A DNA stretch of 64,000 nt from a virus (IMGVR_UViG_2910942425_000008:1-64000); one strand, 5' to 3'. Positions 28,845 through 38,601 are shown, counted from the stretch's first letter. The notes: a model not told the origin generated them from the letters alone. Numbers and translations are program-made.

Positions 28845-29402
28845 TTACTTTAAAGTGTTGATATCAATTGCTAAATCTCGCTCTATTAGTCCGTTTACAT
28901 CGAAATGCCATTCATAGAGCTTTTGGAACAATTCTGTTTGATTAAATACAGCTCCCGGCCTATCATCATAGGCTTGTATCTTCTTGCTATTTTGCGAAGA
29001 GAAAAAAAGCGACATTGCCATAAATCCTTTGTGGCTAATATCATACATGAATGAATATTGCTTAGCCTTTATGTTATTGATGGCATAGCATCTCCCGTCT
29101 TCCAGAATGGCGTCATACTCAGCTTTCCTGTAGCATATTTTTGCCAGCTCCACTATAGGAATCTTCCCATCTTCTAAGCAAGACTCGTATAGGTCGGACA
29201 TCGGACGAAGAATAGGACGTAGTTCTTGAATACCCAACAGAAAATATCCGACTTCTTTATTTGTTATGGAAATTTCTTCATTTTTATACCCATTACCATC
29301 CCAATAATCTACTTTCCCTATAAAATCTATCCCATTCTTCCTGGCTTTCAGTTCATACGGCAAATAACCGGCTATATCTTCTAATTGTAGTTGTTTTTCC
29401 AT
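28845..29402 (-). CDS. Conserved phage hypothetical protein
   Basis: YLPYELK...PILRPMSDL...WHFDVNGLIE motif. Confidence 0.7.
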   Translation of the reverse strand: MEKQLQLEDIAGYLPYELKARKNGIDFIGKVDYWDGNGYKNEEISITNKEVGYFLLGIQELRPILRPMSDLYESCLEDGKIPIVELAKICYRKAEYDAILEDGRCYAINNIKAKQYSFMYDISHKGFMAMSLFFSSQNSKKIQAYDDRPGAVFNQTELFQKLYEWHFDVNGLIERDLAIDINTLK

Positions 29403-29422
29403 TGATTTTAATTTTTACTGGC

Positions 29423-29851
29423 TCACAGTTTCAACCATTCTTTGTTTTTTAAATCGTATTTGTCTGTCGGAGTACAAACCCATTGAGGATTTACAAACAC
29501 ATACTTTTCTACAATAGGGAGCAAGGCTTGAACAGCCTCTTTGGCAAATGTCTCTTTGTCTTTTCTTGAGACATAACATTCAGATTCAAAGTCGCAACCC
29601 GATGAGAAGTCGTGCAATTGTTCTCCGATATAATCTTCAATATTATCTACTATTATATTTACAGATTTTTGCACATCGAAATGTCTGACCGAGCCAATAG
29701 ATATAATAGGCGAAGATTCATCTTTATCCTCAAACTCTTCATACCCTTCGTCATACTTATGTTGAGCATCTTTAATAGCTTCCTCGATGCTATCGAATAA
29801 ATCGGTGCAATTCCCATTTTCAGGGAACCATGAATACTTGTTTTCTTCCAT
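29423..29851 (-). CDS. Hypothetical acidic protein
   Basis: Co-oriented ORF. Confidence 0.6.
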   Translation of the reverse strand: MEENKYSWFPENGNCTDLFDSIEEAIKDAQHKYDEGYEEFEDKDESSPIISIGSVRHFDVQKSVNIIVDNIEDYIGEQLHDFSSGCDFESECYVSRKDKETFAKEAVQALLPIVEKYVFVNPQWVCTPTDKYDLKNKEWLKL

Positions 29852-29963
29852 TGCTTTCTTTTTTTATTGTTATTAATATCATTGGCACAAGGCATACATA
29901 GATAATCCATTTATTTGAAACATATTACCTATCATTATTCCGTTTGGTTTTATCGTTCATAAT

Positions 29964-30161
29964 TTATTTATGGTTTAAATATCGTTCATCCTTCAATATA
30001 TCATTATCCGGGTCTAATATCGACACAAGTTCAAAGACAAGACCTTCGGTTATATTTGCTGCATATTGGTAATTAATAGCATTGCCCAGCTTGATAATGA
30101 TTTTTGCCCTTGTTTTAGATTCAATCTCATTCATTCGGAAAACATCTATAATACTTTTCAT
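29964..30161 (-). CDS. Small hypothetical protein, paralog of 11798-11995
   Basis: Near-duplicate of the other 65-aa protein. Confidence 0.75.
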   Translation of the reverse strand: MKSIIDVFRMNEIESKTRAKIIIKLGNAINYQYAANITEGLVFELVSILDPDNDILKDERYLNHK

Positions 30162-30183
30162 AATACTTCTTTTAATATTATTT

Positions 30184-30513
30184 TTATACCTTCCCCAACG
30201 CTTTATCTATTGTTTCTCTAAATGTGGTTCTACTCGTAGCGTTCGCTAATGTATTGTACAGTCCTTCCAGATCATCATTAACGAAACTTCTGTAAGCACT
30301 ATCCAGTAGCTCTACGGCCTCTTGAAGTTCTGTTAACAATTCGGGGGCTGTAGCTATCAATTGTGCATTGGCTATTTGTTCCTCCATTCCGTGTTTTCCT
30401 TTCGATTCACATACAGAATAATAAGAATCGGCCGTTAATACTTGAAAGCCCATACCTGACCGATTCCATTTGAATGATCCGTCTTTACATTTTGTTCCTT
30501 TAAATTCTTTCAT
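30184..30513 (-). CDS. Conserved phage hypothetical protein
   Basis: ANAQLIATAPELL motif. Confidence 0.7.
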   Translation of the reverse strand: MKEFKGTKCKDGSFKWNRSGMGFQVLTADSYYSVCESKGKHGMEEQIANAQLIATAPELLTELQEAVELLDSAYRSFVNDDLEGLYNTLANATSRTTFRETIDKALGKV

Positions 30514-30575
30514 TCTTATTTTGTATTTATGGCGAAATCGCCGTAATTAAAATATCGATGTTCTCTTTTTGTAAC

Positions 30576-31076
30576 TTAAATATTCATCCTATCCTCAATC
30601 AAATTATTTACTTCGTCCGCTATATCAGCCATCTCAATAGCAGCATCAATACCCGTTATTTTAGATACCTTTTCTGTAAACGAAAGAATGCTATCCCTTA
30701 GCTGCTGTAAGTCCTTTGTTACCTCTCCGAATAAGTCTAGCCCGTCCAGAACTTTCAAGCTGTTGATGCTATCCTGAAAGCAGACAGACAGGATGTTTAT
30801 AGCCTTCATGTCTCTTATCAGTTTTTCGCCCTGCTCTCTGGTTAGGTTTCTGAGTGGACTTGTGCTGTACATCCAATTGTTGTATTCGGATTCCAGTACC
30901 TCGCACACCTCTTTTACCGATGCTCCGCTTTCCTCTATTTGCCTTCGGTAGATATTTGCCAAGGTTATCTTTCCGGTAGAATTATACCGGCTGGCAATCC
31001 GAGTCTTTATCATTCCGTTGGATTGGAATATGCGGATGGTATTTTCTATTTTATTGGGTTCAAATAATAGTTTCAT
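30576..31076 (-). CDS. Hypothetical protein
   Basis: Directly downstream of the helicase. Confidence 0.55.
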   Translation of the reverse strand: MKLLFEPNKIENTIRIFQSNGMIKTRIASRYNSTGKITLANIYRRQIEESGASVKEVCEVLESEYNNWMYSTSPLRNLTREQGEKLIRDMKAINILSVCFQDSINSLKVLDGLDLFGEVTKDLQQLRDSILSFTEKVSKITGIDAAIEMADIADEVNNLIEDRMNI

Positions 31077-31091
31077 ATTGGTTGTTTTTTT

Positions 31092-32564
31092 TCAGAATGG
31101 CGTACCCTCTGATGCTGTGCCCCTGGTAGTTGCCGTGGGGAATTGCGTACTGTGATGGATGGGGTAATCAGATATCCGTTTAAATCTATCATCGTGGTGA
31201 AATATGACCGAATGGTTTCTTATACCATCCCTGTCTTTAGCAATTAAGATTTTACCTCTATTCTGCCACGATTCGCCCTTAGAGTCTGAGATATCCTCTT
31301 TGTAGTAGGCCGGGCGGTGGATAAAACATACCTTATCCGCATCCTGCTCTATGTTTCCCGATTCCCTTAGGTCTTCCAAATCAGGCTCCTTTACAGCTTT
31401 AGCTTCATCAGATAGTCCTTTGGGTGGACGGTTCAACTGGGCTAGCAAGATGGTGGGGATATCAAGCTCTTTGCATAAACTTTTTAGTGAGCGGGTGATA
31501 AATCCTATTTCTAAGTCGCGTCTTTCGAACCGGGCGCTTGTACCTATAAGCCCCAGATAGTCGATAACCAGAAGGTCTAGCTTTTGTTTTCGCTTCTGTT
31601 TTCGGGCTATCGACTTTATTTCGCTAACCGTAATCGAAGGCTTGTCTACAATTGTCAGATTCCGGTTGTAGAACATAGATGCTTGCCTATCCAGCGCTTC
31701 CCATTCATGCTGGCTCATTTGCCCGGTTTTCAGGTTGTAGTTGCTTATAGATTCATCCTCCAACAAGTATCGCGATATAAGCTGATTCGCTGACATCTCT
31801 ATCGAGATAAACAATACATGCCTCCCTGCATTGAAAGCCGCTTTAGAGAACGACAAGGCCAGTTGCGTTTTACCCATCGACGGTCTTGCTCCGACTACAA
31901 TCAGGTCGGGCGAACGCCATCCGCCCAGAAAAGCATCATCCAAGCCTTTCAGCCCGGTGGTTATGGATATATCCAAACCCTGCTGTTTCAGCTTCTGAAC
32001 CTCAGACGCTTTATCCAGTGTGTTTTTGATCGCTTCATTGATAGTGATGGTGCTCTCTCCGGTTGAACTGATAACGATTTCCGTACATTTCTTCTCAAAT
32101 TCTTCGAGCGTCTCAGATACATCTATCGTGTCATCGAAAGCCATTTGCTGAATAGCTGATGTGGCTGAAATTATCTGCCGGGCAATAGACATTTGCTTTA
32201 TTATCCGTGCATGATGTTCGATGTTTGCGGCCGAGCCGATATTCCCGGTCAGGTCTGATACATATACTGGACCGCCAACCGACTCCAGTTCGCCCATTTT
32301 TCTCAATTCTTGGCTCACAGTCAGCATATCAATTGGCTCCGACCTAAGTCCCAGATTGGATACAGCCTTGAATATCGTTTGATGAACGGGATCGTAAAAG
32401 TCATCTTCGGAAAGAAAGCCATCTATAGACTGAAACGCTTCTTTTTCGAGCATAACCGCGCCCAGTACCGCTTTTTCCAGTTCTCTGGCTTGCGGTTGAA
32501 TCCTGCCCATTTCAGTCATAGGTAATCTTTCCTGTTTCTTCTTGTTGTGATTTTGGTTTTCCAT
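31092..32564 (-). CDS. dnaB: Replicative DNA helicase
   Basis: GARPSMGKT Walker A, VIDYLGL, DLRESGNIEQDAD. Confidence 0.95.
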   Translation of the reverse strand: MENQNHNKKKQERLPMTEMGRIQPQARELEKAVLGAVMLEKEAFQSIDGFLSEDDFYDPVHQTIFKAVSNLGLRSEPIDMLTVSQELRKMGELESVGGPVYVSDLTGNIGSAANIEHHARIIKQMSIARQIISATSAIQQMAFDDTIDVSETLEEFEKKCTEIVISSTGESTITINEAIKNTLDKASEVQKLKQQGLDISITTGLKGLDDAFLGGWRSPDLIVVGARPSMGKTQLALSFSKAAFNAGRHVLFISIEMSANQLISRYLLEDESISNYNLKTGQMSQHEWEALDRQASMFYNRNLTIVDKPSITVSEIKSIARKQKRKQKLDLLVIDYLGLIGTSARFERRDLEIGFITRSLKSLCKELDIPTILLAQLNRPPKGLSDEAKAVKEPDLEDLRESGNIEQDADKVCFIHRPAYYKEDISDSKGESWQNRGKILIAKDRDGIRNHSVIFHHDDRFKRISDYPIHHSTQFPTATTRGTASEGTPF

Positions 32565-33285
32565 ATTCTTTTTTAGCCCAGTTTAGTACGGTTCGATACA
32601 GATTTACATAACGTTTCCTCAAATCCTTGCGATTCTCTATCTGTTCCACAATATCCGCTATTTGGCGGCTCGAGTAACATTCTTTCAATTTAAGAAACTC
32701 TACCTCTGTGATTTGCGAAGGAAAGTTCTTAGGATTGGCGCAATATGGCGCTGCTTTTTTTATCCAATCATCAAATTTCTCAAAATCCGAAAGGGCGGGT
32801 GAAGAAACGCCAGTTTCTTTCTTATCTCCGTTAGGAGATTCTTTCTTTGTATTATCTACTTTACTATACTCTGTTGGAATTTTGCTCAACGGTCGTTGAA
32901 CGGTCGTTGAACGGCTGTTCTTTTTTGCTCGCTTTTCTGCCGATTTTTTACCAGCCAAGCTCCTTTGCTCACGGATATTTTCAAGAGGTATCATTCTATC
33001 ATTAAAACTTTCGGAATAAAAGAAGTCTCCATCATCGGTAGATTTAAACTTAAATAAGTCGAAGTTCTCTACAATGCTTTTTACTAATTCAGAACTTACA
33101 TGTAAATCGAAGGCTATTAAATTATAATCTTTGGTACACATGTAGTTTGAACTTTCAAGCAGTCTTTCGAGAATAGCAAAATATACCCCATATCCTTCCA
33201 TCTTATGCCTCATCCGCACGGCGATAATCTTATCATCATTACGAGCATTGCCATCATGTGGAAAATAAAAAGATTTCTTTGCCAT
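32512..33285 (-). CDS. Replication initiator-like protein (Lin1244/DUF4373 N-terminal domain)
   Basis: YFPHDGNARNDDKI...GYGVYFAILE; lies upstream of dnaB. Confidence 0.8.
   Translation of the reverse strand: MAKKSFYFPHDGNARNDDKIIAVRMRHKMEGYGVYFAILERLLESSNYMCTKDYNLIAFDLHVSSELVKSIVENFDLFKFKSTDDGDFFYSESFNDRMIPLENIREQRSLAGKKSAEKRAKKNSRSTTVQRPLSKIPTEYSKVDNTKKESPNGDKKETGVSSPALSDFEKFDDWIKKAAPYCANPKNFPSQITEVEFLKLKECYSSRQIADIVEQIENRKDLRKRYVNLYRTVLNWAKKEYGKPKSQQEETGKITYD
32888..32914 (+). repeat. Iteron-like tandem repeat within the initiator gene
   Basis: AACGGTCGTTG twice plus AACGG, in the low-complexity linker, as for lambdoid origins. Confidence 0.45.
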
Positions 33286-33286
33286 A

Positions 33287-33478
33287 TTACTTAAATTCTA
33301 ATTGATTCTGTCCCCTTCTTTCAAGTTCGTCTTTGTATTGCATCAGAGCCTCTTTCACTCTTGTTTCGGTACGCATCAGCCCCAACGGCAGGACGCCATG
33401 TAGCCGGTCCTCACACCGGGCTACTCCGTGTTGTAATTGTTCATTTGAGTAATCTTTGATTGTTTTCATAATCTTCAA
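33287..33478 (-). CDS. Hypothetical protein
   Basis: Packed between the MTase and the initiator. Confidence 0.55.
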   Translation of the reverse strand: MKIMKTIKDYSNEQLQHGVARCEDRLHGVLPLGLMRTETRVKEALMQYKDELERRGQNQLEFK

Positions 33479-34340
33479 CAGCTTTAAATATTTGATAAAT
33501 AAGAAGTGGCGCTACTGCGTTGCCTCCGGCCTTGATAGATTCTGCTCTAACTTTTGTAACCGCTTTTGAAATGATTTTGTCGATTTCTTTTTCAGATAGT
33601 AATCCCATACTATCGTCTCTAATGCGATGTCGCAGTAGTTCGGTGGAAAACCCATCATCTCCATTACAAACCGGTGATTGAGTCGGGAAGTCTCGCCAGT
33701 CTGCTGGAATGCTCTTTTCTGTAAAGAATCCTGATTTCTTTTTCCAGTGTTCTTTGCTGGATTGTCGTTTGCTGTTGGGGTAGGTAACAGTTTTAAGTCC
33801 ATAAACTCCGTTTTTCCATTCTGGTTGCAGACTTTTAATCCCTGTGTCTGTGCGGTGGGCAATAAAGAATGTTCTATCTCTTCTGTGTGGAGCATTGACG
33901 GCACAAGCTGGAAGTATATACGGTGTGACTTCGTACCCGACAGCCTCCAAGTCAGATTGCACCTCGTTGAATACCATCCCTCCATTCCAACTAATAATGC
34001 CGCGAACGTTTTCGCCCACAACCCAACGCGGGGAAATCTCCCGAATTGCTCTAAGCATTTCCGGCCAGATGTGCCGGTCATCGTTCTTTCCGAGCCTTTT
34101 CCCCGCAACACTGTGGGGTTGGCAAGGGAATCCTCCCGCAAGGACATCCACTTTTCCTCTCCAAATAGAGAAGTTTGTTTGTTTAATGTTTCCATAGTGA
34201 GGTATATTGGGTTTATAGTGGTTTAGAATTATATTACAAAACTCATCTATCTCACAGGTGAAGACGGTTTCCCATCCGAGCCAATCACCAGCAAGCGAGA
34301 ATCCGTCTATACCGCTGAATAATGTCGCAAGTTTCATCAC
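33441..34340 (-). CDS. C5-cytosine DNA methyltransferase, alpha polypeptide (lacks motif IX)
   Basis: FSGIDG (I), GGFPCQ (IV), ENV (VI), HRRDR (VIII), GNAV (X). Confidence 0.92.
   Translation of the reverse strand: MMKLATLFSGIDGFSLAGDWLGWETVFTCEIDEFCNIILNHYKPNIPHYGNIKQTNFSIWRGKVDVLAGGFPCQPHSVAGKRLGKNDDRHIWPEMLRAIREISPRWVVGENVRGIISWNGGMVFNEVQSDLEAVGYEVTPYILPACAVNAPHRRDRTFFIAHRTDTGIKSLQPEWKNGVYGLKTVTYPNSKRQSSKEHWKKKSGFFTEKSIPADWRDFPTQSPVCNGDDGFSTELLRHRIRDDSMGLLSEKEIDKIISKAVTKVRAESIKAGGNAVAPLLIYQIFKAVEDYENNQRLLK
33512..34195 (-). CDS. Nested out-of-frame beta polypeptide of the C5 MTase
   Basis: 227-aa ORF wholly inside alpha, same strand, carrying LLPTP repeats and the motif-IX-like RLNHRFVMEMMGFP. 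Confidence 0.75.
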   Translation of the reverse strand: METLNKQTSLFGEEKWMSLREDSLANPTVLRGKGSERTMTGTSGRKCLEQFGRFPRVGLWAKTFAALLVGMEGWYSTRCNLTWRLSGTKSHRIYFQLVPSMLHTEEIEHSLLPTAQTQGLKVCNQNGKTEFMDLKLLPTPTANDNPAKNTGKRNQDSLQKRAFQQTGETSRLNHRFVMEMMGFPPNYCDIALETIVWDYYLKKKSTKSFQKRLQKLEQNLSRPEATQ

Positions 34341-34530
34341 TTCATCAATTTATAACTATCCATATAATTGCCCACCCTGTACGGTTTCTTTCCCCGGGTG
34401 GCTGATATTGTTTCCAATACATGCAGCTCGTTTGCAATCCTGTAAAACTCAGGTATGCTCATCTCCGCCATATTGTGAGAAAGGAGATAGTTGTATATCT
34501 CCTCTATCCGGGATTGGGTCTATTGTTGGT

Positions 34531-35397
34531 TCATACAAACATTGTTAGTTGTTTTTTCGACTCCAAGGCGGCATTGCAGTTCCTTACAGCCGCATTAAAG
34601 TAACTCTCTTTCAGTTCAACGCCTATTGCTCTGCGGCCTCTCAGTATTGCCTGATAAGGTTCTGAGCCTATCCCCAGAAAAGGAGTGTAAATTGTATCAC
34701 CTTCGTTCGAATAAAGAGTCAATAACCTGTCTATAGTGTCTAATTGCAGGGGGCATATATGCTTCTCGTCCTTTTCGTCTCGGCTGCCTTTCAGGTTCAG
34801 CGTATTAGAGTAATTTATATCATACCATACAGGGGATGCGTATTTTTGCCATGTATCTACTGAAATATCACATTTTACAGGATTGTCCCTATCACCATCC
34901 CTCCGAAACACAAGCACATAATCGGGCAATCCTACCCTGCTCATTGTAGCGTCTTTCTTTACTTGTTTGTGAAGCAACCCTAATGCTTTTGTGCGTTGCA
35001 TCTCGACTACCGGGTCTTTCCAGATGGTTATGCGTGAGTGATAAATAAACCCTTCTTTTTCGAAAGATTCTCTTATCATATTCGAAAAATCGCGCAATCC
35101 AATAAACCCTTCTTTTCCTTTCTGTATAGGCAAATCCATACAATGAACACATACATTACGTCCTTGCATCATTACCCTGTGCAACTCCTTTACCAGAAAA
35201 GAGAAAGCAAACAGAAACTCATTGTAGTCTTTAGAGTTTCCCATATCTGCTATATCATCCGAATACGTGTACAGCTCAGCAAACGGAGGGGAAAATATGG
35301 ATAGCCCTATTGATTCATCCGGCAATAGTGGCGTTACTTCCACGCAATCGCCATGATACAAAGCATATTCATCTGTAATTAATTGATTCCTTATCAT
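34531..35397 (-). CDS. N4-C/N6-A DNA methyltransferase (beta class)
   Basis: SPPF catalytic motif before TPFLGIGS SAM-binding motif; HICPLQ. Confidence 0.9.
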   Translation of the reverse strand: MIRNQLITDEYALYHGDCVEVTPLLPDESIGLSIFSPPFAELYTYSDDIADMGNSKDYNEFLFAFSFLVKELHRVMMQGRNVCVHCMDLPIQKGKEGFIGLRDFSNMIRESFEKEGFIYHSRITIWKDPVVEMQRTKALGLLHKQVKKDATMSRVGLPDYVLVFRRDGDRDNPVKCDISVDTWQKYASPVWYDINYSNTLNLKGSRDEKDEKHICPLQLDTIDRLLTLYSNEGDTIYTPFLGIGSEPYQAILRGRRAIGVELKESYFNAAVRNCNAALESKKQLTMFV

Positions 35398-35399
35398 AG

Positions 35400-36776
35400 T
35401 TATGATACTTTTAAAAATGTTGGCAACTTAAATTCAATCTGATTCTGCTCTTTTTTTTCTCTGAAAGTGAAAATGTTTCGCATGGCATCTACCATGTGGC
35501 GTTGCATTGAGTGAAACTTCTTTTGTTTCTCCTTAATGTTAGCAATTACATTCTGCATCGTATCAGTGGTAATAATGTAGATATTTACTGTATGCTTTTG
35601 TCCAAAACGCAGCGAACGCCTGATCGCTTGATAAAGCGATTCGAAAGAGAAATCCAGCGAGGCAAATATCTGGTTGTGGCAGTTTTGGTAATTAAGCCCG
35701 TATTGGGCTATTTTGGCTTTTGTTATCAATACGCGAAACTCGTTATTAGCAAAGCCCAGCAACCTGCTTTCTTTTACATCAGGCTTGTCACTTCCCTTAA
35801 CCTCTACTGCGCCAGGTATGATTTTTCTCAGGTACTCGCCTTCCATATCTTGTTTGATCCAGATTATAAAATTCTCGGATGAGTTATTTACAATATCGGC
35901 CACATTACTCAGTCTATCTACCAGCGTCAGTCTCAGTTCCTTGTTGAAGTTCGTTGCATTCACGGCAATGTCGTTAAACAACATTCCATTATCCCGTTTG
36001 TGTGTTTCTATGATATTCTCTATCATATTCAGTTCAGGAAGTATGTATCCGGTATCATCAAAGCCGATATCTGATGGTTTGCTAATCATTATAGCCCATG
36101 TAGATACCCACTGCCAGAAGTCTTTTTCGGCATGACCTTTTATCCTCCATTTGGATGTGTCTCCACCATCATGAACGAAATACATAGACAGCATTTCGTT
36201 TCGCGACATTACTCCCAAAAATTCAGAATGATTGCCTAGCTCCATCGGGTCATTTGGCGATGGCGTGGCTGTCCAGCAACTTTTGTAAGGGGTATTCACA
36301 AACCTTTCCATCAAGCTGTTTCGCATCTTGCCTTCGAAGTTCTTCAGTATTGAACTCTCATCTAAGGCAACCCCGCAAAACAGTGAGGCGTCTATATTAT
36401 CCAGTTGCTCATAATTGGTAATATAAATTTTAGGAGATAAGAACGCATCATCCTTCAACCGCTCAATTGAATAGCCAAATTTTTCAGCCTCTTTTATAGT
36501 TTGCCCCGACACGGCTAGCGGAGTGAGTATAATCACAGGCCTCTGCTCTCTGTCACAAACCTGTTTGCACCACTCCAATTGTTGGAAGGTTTTACCGAGT
36601 CCGCAATCTTCAAATAGTGCAAATCGCCCTGTCTCAATGGCTCTCTTTACACAGTACTTTTGAAAAGCGAACATTTGCGTATTTAGTGTCGATTCATCAA
36701 CCGAAAAACCCCATTCTTTGGGTCGTTTCTTTTTTCGTTCAAGGTGTTCTGCATATTCCTTAATTCTTGTTTCCAT
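35400..36776 (-). CDS. SNF2-like SF2 helicase
   Basis: DCGLGKT, LDESS, TATP, YQAIRRSLRFGQ. Confidence 0.88.
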   Translation of the reverse strand: METRIKEYAEHLERKKKRPKEWGFSVDESTLNTQMFAFQKYCVKRAIETGRFALFEDCGLGKTFQQLEWCKQVCDREQRPVIILTPLAVSGQTIKEAEKFGYSIERLKDDAFLSPKIYITNYEQLDNIDASLFCGVALDESSILKNFEGKMRNSLMERFVNTPYKSCWTATPSPNDPMELGNHSEFLGVMSRNEMLSMYFVHDGGDTSKWRIKGHAEKDFWQWVSTWAIMISKPSDIGFDDTGYILPELNMIENIIETHKRDNGMLFNDIAVNATNFNKELRLTLVDRLSNVADIVNNSSENFIIWIKQDMEGEYLRKIIPGAVEVKGSDKPDVKESRLLGFANNEFRVLITKAKIAQYGLNYQNCHNQIFASLDFSFESLYQAIRRSLRFGQKHTVNIYIITTDTMQNVIANIKEKQKKFHSMQRHMVDAMRNIFTFREKKEQNQIEFKLPTFLKVS

Positions 36777-36884
36777 TTTTAATACAAGTTCTTAACCGGG
36801 CCCGATTGTGGTTAATACTTATTTTCGTAACTGGTGGGAGACTCGACCTCCCACACAAATACCACCTCCAAATGGGAGGATTAT

Positions 36885-37262
36885 TTACAGCCATTCGTCC
36901 AACTCTGCAAACTCAGAGATTAGTTTTTCGCGCCAATTTTCGATAATCCCATTTTCGTCAATGTCCATGATGATATAGTCGCCATCCCATTCACCGCCCG
37001 GACACATAATTTCGGGCACATAGCCCTCTTTACGTATTATCTCAGATTTATCTTCATCCAGCAGGCAGTATATTCCGGCATCGCATACCTTGTAGTGTAT
37101 AGAAGCTGTTTTGCCCTGCTCCCAATTTAGGATTTTGCCTTCATCAATATCTATTAGCGGCTTCCATCCGTCACCATCTTTACATGGTATGTTATCGCCA
37201 TCTTCGGTATCCGGATTTCCATCATCTTTTCGTAACTTATCTTACATTCAAACCAATTCATA
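36885..37262 (-). pseudogene. Chimeric remnant: DUF4494-like 5' end joined out of frame to the 3' part of another phage gene
   Basis: ATG frame MNWFECKISYEKMME stops after 35 codons; a second frame (DGDNIPCKDG...HYKVCDAG...) has no start. Confidence 0.5.
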
Positions 37263-37787
37263 TTCTTTAATTTTAATTTTATAATATTCTATCTGCTCTT
37301 TTATTTCTTCGGTCGTCATTTTCAGTGGTTTATTTCTTATCTCTAATAGTTGTTCATATCTCTCTATGCCAATACGCATAGGAAGAGATAGCGAATATTC
37401 AGTAGTATTGCCGTGACGGTGTTGGTTGCAGGCGACACACTGACCGTGTACGTTGTCTTCGTTGAACCTTAGATTGGGATAAGCCCCGAGTGAGAAAAAA
37501 TGCCCTGCATCGTATTTTCCTACTAAAGAACATCCACACGATATGCACGGCATACCTTTGTCTCTCAACCTGATATATTTATTGAATACCTTTTGCAGAT
37601 CGTTTAGCCACTGCGAATGCGTTTTTAGCCGCTCTTTCGCCTTCGCTTTTTCCTTCGCCTTGTCTTTCTGCACCTTGCTTTTCGCCTTGGTTGCTATACA
37701 AGAAAGGCATAGCCTCGATACGATTATGCCATTTCTGTATATGGGCTCAAAGTTGGTTTTGCACGATCGGCATTTGATTACAACCAT
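37248..37787 (-). CDS. ninG: NinG/Rap-like Holliday junction nuclease
   Basis: FNKYIRLRD...PCISCG...DAGHF...LRFNEDNVHGQCVACN. Confidence 0.88.
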   Translation of the reverse strand: MVVIKCRSCKTNFEPIYRNGIIVSRLCLSCIATKAKSKVQKDKAKEKAKAKERLKTHSQWLNDLQKVFNKYIRLRDKGMPCISCGCSLVGKYDAGHFFSLGAYPNLRFNEDNVHGQCVACNQHRHGNTTEYSLSLPMRIGIERYEQLLEIRNKPLKMTTEEIKEQIEYYKIKIKEYELV

Positions 37788-38215
37788 TGTCTTTGTCTTT
37801 TCGTTTCTTCCTGAATATGTTCCAGAAACTTATCTTCGTTAGCTTCGGGCAGATAGATACCGGCTTCATTGGCGCTCCAATTCCTAAACCGGTCTATGGC
37901 ATCTGTCATTTGTTTGGTATCTATTTCTGCTGAACTCCTTATTATTGTCACACTTCCCAGATAATCATCTTCACGCTCGTACAGGAATATATCAGGATTG
38001 CATAACTTCTTGAAGTATTCCTTTTTCACAAATTTGAGATTATTTCCTGTCTCTATGCAGAACCACGAAATAATAAGGTGTAGATAGTTATTCTGCGATA
38101 ATATCCGTTTCTCCCGCTTTTCTGTGAGGTCTACTTTCTTTTTTTTGTCAATCATGTATTGCACTCTGGTTAAGAAAGATTTTACCCCTGTTTCCGTTGT
38201 AAGATCGAAATACAT
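37778..38215 (-). CDS. NinB-like protein
   Basis: SQNNYLHL...SSAEIDTKQMTDAIDRFRNWS...IYLP. Confidence 0.6.
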   Translation of the reverse strand: MYFDLTTETGVKSFLTRVQYMIDKKKKVDLTEKREKRILSQNNYLHLIISWFCIETGNNLKFVKKEYFKKLCNPDIFLYEREDDYLGSVTIIRSSAEIDTKQMTDAIDRFRNWSANEAGIYLPEANEDKFLEHIQEETKRQRQWL

Positions 38216-38227
38216 AAGTCCAGATAA

Positions 38228-38596
38228 TTAGAAGGGCAAATCATCATCAGCCGGTGCGCTATTCCCCTGTGACGTATTTTGCACCGATTGCGGCCTGCCG
38301 CCCAACAACTGCAAATTGTTTACAAACACACATTGGTCGGCGATGGCTTTGTTGTCTTTATTGATGTAGGCCGATGTGTAAGGCATGCCACTGATATACA
38401 CCTGCTGGCCTTTCTTCAGGTAGTTGCCAAGCTTGTTGCTTTCGCCTACCAGCCTCAGGCATCGCACCCAGTAGGTCTTATTCTGTCCGTTACGCTTCTC
38501 GGTGTAAGCTATAGAGAACGAATAGTAATCTTTGCCGTTGATAGGCTTCGTTTCGGCATCTTGTCCGATATTGCCTATGATTTCTAGTCTGTACAT
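38228..38596 (-). CDS. ssb: Single-stranded DNA-binding protein
   Basis: IIGNIGQDAE OB fold; acidic DDDLPF tail. Confidence 0.9.
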   Translation of the reverse strand: MYRLEIIGNIGQDAETKPINGKDYYSFSIAYTEKRNGQNKTYWVRCLRLVGESNKLGNYLKKGQQVYISGMPYTSAYINKDNKAIADQCVFVNNLQLLGGRPQSVQNTSQGNSAPADDDLPF

Positions 38597-38601
38597 GATT
38601 A

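Noticed and set aside
34892-35152. Nested ORF in the amino-MTase analogous to the C5 beta subunit
   Set aside because: No recognisable motif, and the host ORF already has both conserved motifs.
36834-36854. tRNA T-arm-like hairpin
   Set aside because: Loop GTCGAGT is not canonical, and no D arm, anticodon arm or acceptor stem can be folded.
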